From NCBI GenBank assembly GCA_051942205.1, contig JAVECO010000034.1:62001-126000 (forward strand): DNA of 64,000 nucleotides, in the 5' to 3' direction. Source of the DNA: Coniocarpon cinnabarinum. Lineage: Eukaryota. The notes beneath the pieces are model-generated. The model ran no database searches. It worked only from the letters and a program-made list of their open reading frames with translations, and was not told the DNA's origin. A program made the translations under genes and the position numbers. Below, piece after piece: positions 58,157-64,000 of the stretch. Each line of letters opens with the position of its first letter. Positions within the stretch are counted from its first letter, which is position 1.

Positions 58157-60952
58157 CTACTTTGCTTCCCGAGACGGACGATCATTCCAAGCACTGGTGA
58201 AACTTCGACGGATACCCAGCGTCTTCCGCCCCGTCGATGGCGCGCTGTTCATTGCGGGCGGCCTAAACGCGGAACTGGTCGACGCACGCCCATGTGCAGC
58301 CCTTGCGCCGTCAATCCCGGTGGTACTGTCTAATGACGGGCTCGTCGCTGGTGGGATCTGCTTCCGGTGTACCTCTGTATGTTCCGCGGTCTTAGCCCTG
58401 GTGGGGCGGTCCTCAGGACCGCTCGGTGGCGTCGACCGTGTACTGCAGAACTGTGAAATGGACATCTGTCCTCGACGAGCGTCCTTCTTACCGTCCTCCT
58501 TGGGTCTGCCTGGCTCGCACGGCTGATGTGACACGGGCGCATGATTCTCCTTCTCGGCTTGCGGCAACGTCTTAGCACTGACAAAGCTGCTGTAGGCGGC
58601 GGTGGCGATCGTGTGACGCTGTTGCATTGAGGTCGTAATGCCGCGAACAGGTCTCCATCCTTCTTGCCTTTTGCATGCGCGGGAGTATTCATAATCATCC
58701 TGCCGTATTCGCTTAAAGCGGGTATCGTTAACCCCAAGATCGCCTGTGACCTCGTGCTTGCCGTTATCGCCACGGATGTCGTTCCGGCCCGCCCAGATTG
58801 TGCCTCTTGGAAAAAGATCATCCTCAAGGTTGGTGATTCTAGCTCGACCGCCTGTGATGTCGATGGTCAAATCTTGCCGTCCCAGGATCTTCGCCATTTC
58901 TCGCACCAGATCATGCGTGATTGAATGTCCACGTTTCGCCAGCCGCTGTTGCAACGATTCTGTTTCAACGAAAGGCGAGAGCTGGAACTCGCCTTGACGT
59001 GGATCCTCTTTCGGGCAACTGATGTACAGGAGGCACTGCGCTCTCGTCATTGCAACATAGAGGAGGCGCCTTTCTTCGTCCCAGTCCTCTGCCCTGGAAT
59101 GCGGGATAGAGCCCTTGTAAGCCGAAGGTATGAAGACAACGGGCCACTCCAGCCCTTTCGCTGCATGCATCGTTGAAAGTGTCACGCACCCTCGTTCCAT
59201 CTGGTCCGATTCAATCTGTTGTTGCCTGGTATCAGTGGACAGTGAGATGTTGCCTAGGAAGAGCTGTAACTCCTCAACTCGGGAGCACGGGAGGGCTTGC
59301 TCTTGCTCTTGTTGGAAGAGGTCCTGCGGCTCAGGCTCATTTGCAAAAGTGTTCGAGCACTGACTCTCCTCAGCTTGAGAAATCAATTCTTGAACATTAC
59401 TCCACCGTGTCGAGTAATCTTCCTCGGTCGGATACTTTGCCCTCAGGAAAGCCCGAAGTTCAAGCTTCTCCACGAACCACCGAATGAAGTCAGATAACGT
59501 AGTTTCGGAAGCACTCTCCAATTTTGCCTTGGCTTTCAGCATAAGCCCAGCAAATGTCTCTAGGCCTCTTTGTGCTTGGCCCGACGTGTTGATGGGTGCG
59601 GCAACTTGGCCTCTTGCAATACGGATGATGATTGACCAGAGGCTCTCTTTGCGGTCATACGCATCTTGTATGAGCTTCGAAACAGTTTTGTCCCCAATCT
59701 TCCGGGAGGGCACGTTGACGACGCGAGCTAAAGCCTCATTGTGGTGTGAGTTGTCCAGGACCCGTAAGTAGTCCAACACCAACTTGATCTCGACACGGTC
59801 GTAGAAACGCTTTCCTCCTACCATCTGATATGGTATCCCAGCGTTTGTGAGCTCTTTCTCGATATGACGAGAGAGCACCGCAGAACGCAGCAGCACAGCG
59901 AAATCATTCCATTTCAGGAGACCACCACAGAGAGCCTGTACTCGCTGCATCTCGCATATCATCCACTCCGCTTCCTCGGCGGACGTCTGCAAACGTTTCA
60001 AGGTAGGAGGCTCACCAGCCGAGTGAGTAGGAGCTAGGCACTTCTGATGTCTGCTTGTGTCCTGTTCGATAAGCTCTTGTGCCGCGAAGAGAATGCAACT
60101 GGAAGATCTGTAGTTTTCTTCGAGATTGATGACGTGTATCTCTGGATAAAGATCCTGCATTTTCTTAATGTTTTCCATTCGGGCTGAACGCCAGCCATAG
60201 ATGCTTTGATCCGGGTCACAGACTACAGTTAGTGCTTTGTTACGCTGCGCAAACAAGTTCATCAAGTCGTATTGGATGTGGTTGGTGTCTTGGAATTCAT
60301 CCACAAGAACAGCTTCGATGGATGTAACGCATTCCGGATGCTTTCGCAAGAGCTCCACGCAATGCAGCAAGAGGTCGTCGTAGTCCAGCAAATTAGAGAT
60401 TTTCAGCGCGTCCTCGTATTCTTCGTAAACCTTGGTGAGCTCATCAAATTCCGCACTGGTCTTCGAGTCAGCCTGCTTTCTTGCCAAACGGTACTCAGCG
60501 GTGATTCCGTCAGCCTTGAGCTTAGAAATGCGCGAGCGGGCAACGCCAGCGCTGAGCGTGTAGTCCGACTTCTCAATGATTCGAGAAATTATTGCCTTTG
60601 AGTCCGCAGTATCAGCAATGCCAAATGTGCTGTCGATACCGACCTTGGAGCCATATATCGAGAGGAACCGTCGAGCAATGGAGTGAAAGGTGCCTATTTT
60701 GAGCTTGGTGGAGGTTGCTTTTCCCAGGAGACTCTCAATACGCGCTCGCATCTCATTGGCTGCCTTGACAGTGAAAGTACAGACAATGATGTTCCCCGGC
60801 GTGAGGCCATTGTGTGCAATGAGATGAGCCACGCGAGATGTCAGTGTCTTCGTCTTTCCTGATCCTGGCGGGGCCAGGCACTGCAATACGGCGGCCGGGC
60901 TGGTCACCGCTGCTCTCTGTGCATCGTTCAGACCTCTCACGATGCCATCCAT
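58157..60952 (-). CDS. SRS2: UvrD/REP-family DNA helicase Srs2
   Basis: LNDAQRAAV, APPGSGKTKTL, TFTVKAANEM, GTFHS, VDEFQDTN, DPDQSIYGWR, LEENYRS, STMHAAKGLEWP and EERRLLYVAMTRA motifs. Apparently intronless. Confidence 0.93.
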   Translation of the reverse strand: MDGIVRGLNDAQRAAVTSPAAVLQCLAPPGSGKTKTLTSRVAHLIAHNGLTPGNIIVCTFTVKAANEMRARIESLLGKATSTKLKIGTFHSIARRFLSIYGSKVGIDSTFGIADTADSKAIISRIIEKSDYTLSAGVARSRISKLKADGITAEYRLARKQADSKTSAEFDELTKVYEEYEDALKISNLLDYDDLLLHCVELLRKHPECVTSIEAVLVDEFQDTNHIQYDLMNLFAQRNKALTVVCDPDQSIYGWRSARMENIKKMQDLYPEIHVINLEENYRSSSCILFAAQELIEQDTSRHQKCLAPTHSAGEPPTLKRLQTSAEEAEWMICEMQRVQALCGGLLKWNDFAVLLRSAVLSRHIEKELTNAGIPYQMVGGKRFYDRVEIKLVLDYLRVLDNSHHNEALARVVNVPSRKIGDKTVSKLIQDAYDRKESLWSIIIRIARGQVAAPINTSGQAQRGLETFAGLMLKAKAKLESASETTLSDFIRWFVEKLELRAFLRAKYPTEEDYSTRWSNVQELISQAEESQCSNTFANEPEPQDLFQQEQEQALPCSRVEELQLFLGNISLSTDTRQQQIESDQMERGCVTLSTMHAAKGLEWPVVFIPSAYKGSIPHSRAEDWDEERRLLYVAMTRAQCLLYISCPKEDPRQGEFQLSPFVETESLQQRLAKRGHSITHDLVREMAKILGRQDLTIDITGGRARITNLEDDLFPRGTIWAGRNDIRGDNGKHEVTGDLGVNDTRFKRIRQDDYEYSRACKRQEGWRPVRGITTSMQQRHTIATAAYSSFVSAKTLPQAEKENHAPVSHQPCEPGRPKEDGKKDARRGQMSISQFCSTRSTPPSGPEDRPTRAKTAEHTEVHRKQIPPATSPSLDSTTGIDGARAAHGRASTSSAFRPPAMNSAPSTGRKTLGIRRSFTSAWNDRPSREAK

Positions 60953-61200
60953 CCCCTGAAAGCCCACGACGCCAGGGGCTCTGGCTAAGCTATGGACATA
61001 TCCGCAGTGATGGGTAGTGTGTCGTTGCGTGTCTTGCGCGTGGAAGTGGGAATCACGCTAGTGACACCAAATCACGTGATTGTTTCCGGTATCTCTTTTG
61101 AGTCAGCCAAAGCAAGGCGGGGCAGTCTGTAGCACAGCCTTTTCGATCCTGTTGACCCAAGCCTCCTCCTGCATTTTCCCTCTCTCTCTCCTCTACATCA

Positions 61201-61716
61201 ATGCGCGCTTTTTGGATTGGAACCTTGGTACTGTCTTTCGCACTCGCAATCATGGCTTCTGCTGGACTTCAGATCGAGAAGGTCCACACCATCGAAAACG
61301 CTAATCGTAGAACGCAGGAGGGAGACCAAATCTCAATGCGTGCGTTCTCACGCGATCTTCTAAAGCATGCTGACACTTACCATACTTGAAAAGATTACCG
61401 TGGTACACTGGAGAATGGTAATCAGTTCGATGCCAGTTACGATCGTGGCCAGCCTCTTGACTTCAAGCTTGGGGCCGGCCAAGTCATCCAAGGATGGGAC
61501 AAAGGCCTCCTCGATATGGCGGTCGGCGAGAAGCGCAAGCTGACCATTCCTCCGGAAATGGGTTACGGCGCGCGAGGTTTCCCTCCCGTCATCCCGGCCA
61601 ACTCAGTCTTGAGTAAGCGATGGACGTTCACAATTGCATGCTCCTTGCTAACGCTTGCTGAAGTCTTCGAAACTGAGCTTGTGAGCATCCAAGGTGTTGC
61701 TAAGGAAGAATTGTAA
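61201..61716 (+). CDS. FPR2: ER-resident FKBP-type peptidyl-prolyl isomerase (FKBP13-like)
   Basis: Signal peptide; [42 protein letters not shown]-terminal KEEL. Two introns. Confidence 0.93.
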
Positions 61717-62314
61717 GGTCTCGAGCACATGAGTCCTCGCAATCGTGGCGAAATGATGTGCACGGAAAGCTATACACTCACTTGGAAGGCATAAGCAGAA
61801 GCCTCACTGGGCGTGATGGAGCTCAATGAATCAGTCCGCCTCGGCTGCGCGGTGGCGCGGGGCCTGTAGCAAAATGGTACGCACAAAAGCCACACATTCG
61901 CTTGGAAGGAAAGTGTAGAGTCTTTATAGACACAATGAGGACCGATGAGTCAACTCACACCAGGCTGCGTATCAACTACATAAGCCGCCATGTCACGAGC
62001 TGCAGGGCTCATTTCCAACATCCCATTGCCTGTGACAGCAAGGGTCACGACCAACAGTGGATGCCGCAGCTTGATTCGGTACTTCGTAAAGTGAAGGAGC
62101 CGCTCGCCACGATGCCTGTACCTTGAGCCTCAGAATCCTCTTATTCTGGGGGCTCCTTGTATAGACATGGGCTTCGCCCACGGTCTTGATGCCTACCGTC
62201 GACTTCTGCAGTATTGATGCATCGAAAGTCTGTTTTTAGGCTTGTTGTCTAGAACTCTCGTGACCTACCCACGATCATACTCAACATATTACTGAGCCAA
62301 TTCCATGATGGGAC

Positions 62315-62871
62315 TCAATCCTGATTCTGCGCTAGTTCCTCCATATTCTTTACCGCACTGTCCAACTCTCGTATGCGCTGGCCCACGCGTGACCGTACTT
62401 CGTCTGCAACTTGCCTGTCCGGACCATTCACTACACGATTGTAGACCTCGTGCAATTTGTCCAACTCTTCTCTTGCTGCGCCCCGATCATCTTCAGCATA
62501 CACGGTCTGCTTCTCTGTTTCTTCTATGGCAATCTCAAACTGGCAGCGCACGTGTCAGTGACGGACGAGAAGTTGCGCGTCATGCATCGTGACACATTGG
62601 GCCGTGTTTGAAGAGTCATACCTCGTCCTTGGCCGTAGCATACCTGCCGCAATGTCAGCTTGATCACTGGTGACTGACTTCTAGGCACCCACTGCTCTTG
62701 AATCTCTTCGATCACTTCATCTGCACTGCTCTTATTCGACGAGAAACGCACTTGTCCAGGCAACACGGTGGCTGCCCTTCTGCCTTGACGTCGAGCGGAG
62801 ATAGCACTGTGTCTGCCTAGGATCCTGCAGACACACGTTGGGCGTACTCGCAGAAGTCTTGTCGCAACCAT
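62315..62871 (-). CDS. Small helical protein with a mitochondrial presequence-like N-terminus, function unknown
   Basis: Arg-rich N-terminus; exons join as EEIQEQ-YATAKDE-FEIAIEETEK..VGQRIREL via two GT-AG introns with CTGAC branch points. Confidence 0.8.
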
Positions 62872-63028
62872 GATTCAGAGTGTGTTGGTCAATAATTGCA
62901 CACGCATGTGATAGCGTGAGCTTTGTGAAGCGTCAGGTATGACGTCTCATCGGCCGTGCCGAGTCAGGGACCGAAGTACCCTTCTTTAGCTGTCACTGCA
63001 TTTCCTCAACATAGGTTTGTCTTCGGGA

Positions 63029-63982
63029 ATGTGGGATCGAGAAACACTGGTTCAGAGCGCTTCCATTCTCCTTGCAACATTGCCCATTGTCTTTTACTTA
63101 CTCCCTGCAAGCATTAAACCATGGCCGCTCACATCTCACCCGCCCGGAAACAGGCTGAACAGTCAACCGTCCAGTCCAGACAGCGAAACTTCAACGACAG
63201 GTGACGATACCGACTCAAAAGCTCTCACGTTACCAAAAGTGACCAATGGATCCTTCATGCAAGTGTCAAAGACGAATTCGCCGCCAAGAAGTACCACGTA
63301 CAATGGCCCGTCCACTCATGCGCGCCCGCCTCCACAGGGAAAAGATCCAAGCGAGCGCGGTCTGATGCCCCCACCTCCTCGACCCATTTCAAAGCCATCC
63401 ACATCGAGTGGGAATGCTTTATCTGTACCTACTCTCTCAGCCACCCCGTCGCGCACCTCGGAGCTCGCACGACGAGGCAATCCCAGGGCTCAGCGTGGTC
63501 CAGCTTCGTCTCTCGCCCCTCCCACGATCAACCCCAGGCTCGCGTCTAATTCAGAGCCCACGAGCAGCACATTGCCAGCGTCTGCAAGACCAAGAAAGAA
63601 GGTTGTTCTAGCGCCAGGGCACAGCCCGCTAGACTGGGCACATCTCACGTCGTCCACACCACCGCACGAACTTGCTGGCGTCGCGCATCTTCAACGAGTC
63701 ACACCGTCTGTGCTCGCTCAGCATGATGGGAGGAAAGGACGACCTGCATGGAGCTCTTTCCGCGGTCGCGTGTACAATATTGGGCCGTACCTGGATTTTC
63801 ATCCAGGTGGTGTTGGAGAACTGAGGCGTGCGGCGGGCAAGACTGGTGACAAGTTGTTTGATGAGATACACTCATGGGTCAATGTCGAGAACATGTTAGG
63901 AGCTTGCCTTGTCGGTCTTCTCGTTGGTGAAAACGAGGATGGTCGGCCTGGAGCAAGCTCGGGTCTCGACAGCCTTGACTGA
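63029..63982 (+). CDS. IRC21: Cytochrome b5-like heme-binding domain protein (Irc21-like)
   Basis: RKKVVLAPGHSPLDWA, GRVYNIGPYLDFHPGG and FDEIHSWVN motifs; N-terminal hydrophobic segment. Confidence 0.8.
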   Translation: MWDRETLVQSASILLATLPIVFYLLPASIKPWPLTSHPPGNRLNSQPSSPDSETSTTGDDTDSKALTLPKVTNGSFMQVSKTNSPPRSTTYNGPSTHARPPPQGKDPSERGLMPPPPRPISKPSTSSGNALSVPTLSATPSRTSELARRGNPRAQRGPASSLAPPTINPRLASNSEPTSSTLPASARPRKKVVLAPGHSPLDWAHLTSSTPPHELAGVAHLQRVTPSVLAQHDGRKGRPAWSSFRGRVYNIGPYLDFHPGGVGELRRAAGKTGDKLFDEIHSWVNVENMLGACLVGLLVGENEDGRPGASSGLDSLD

Positions 63983-64000
63983 ACAAGTGATTTGGTCTTC

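Overview
Gene-dense, intron-rich eukaryotic DNA with GT..CTAAC/CTGAC..YAG introns, typical of a filamentous ascomycete (Pezizomycotina). I can support about 24 protein-coding genes. They include a GPAT-like acyltransferase (cut by the left edge), ERG8, a CAAX ubiquitin-fold protein, UMP1, a CAP/PR-1 protein, an omega/ECM4-like GST, a 10-exon NACHT NLR, a heme-thiolate peroxygenase, PIL1/LSP1, HYPK, a BRCT protein, class II DAHP synthase, an STE6-like ABC exporter, PBDC1, SSADH, two secreted effector-like proteins flanking an AT-rich RIP-like repeat island, MEMO1, a DHA1 MFS transporter, NBS1, SRS2, an ER FKBP, a small mitochondrial protein and an IRC21-like cytochrome b5 protein. The standout is a tRNA-Val(UAC) gene at 55683-55888 split into four exons. 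It has one ordinary anticodon-loop tRNA intron plus two spliceosomal-type introns (GTGAGT..GCTAAC..TAG and GTACGT..CCTAAC..TAG). Removing all three gives a complete 73-nt cloverleaf. All exon structures were parsed by eye and all family assignments come from recalled motifs, not database searches.
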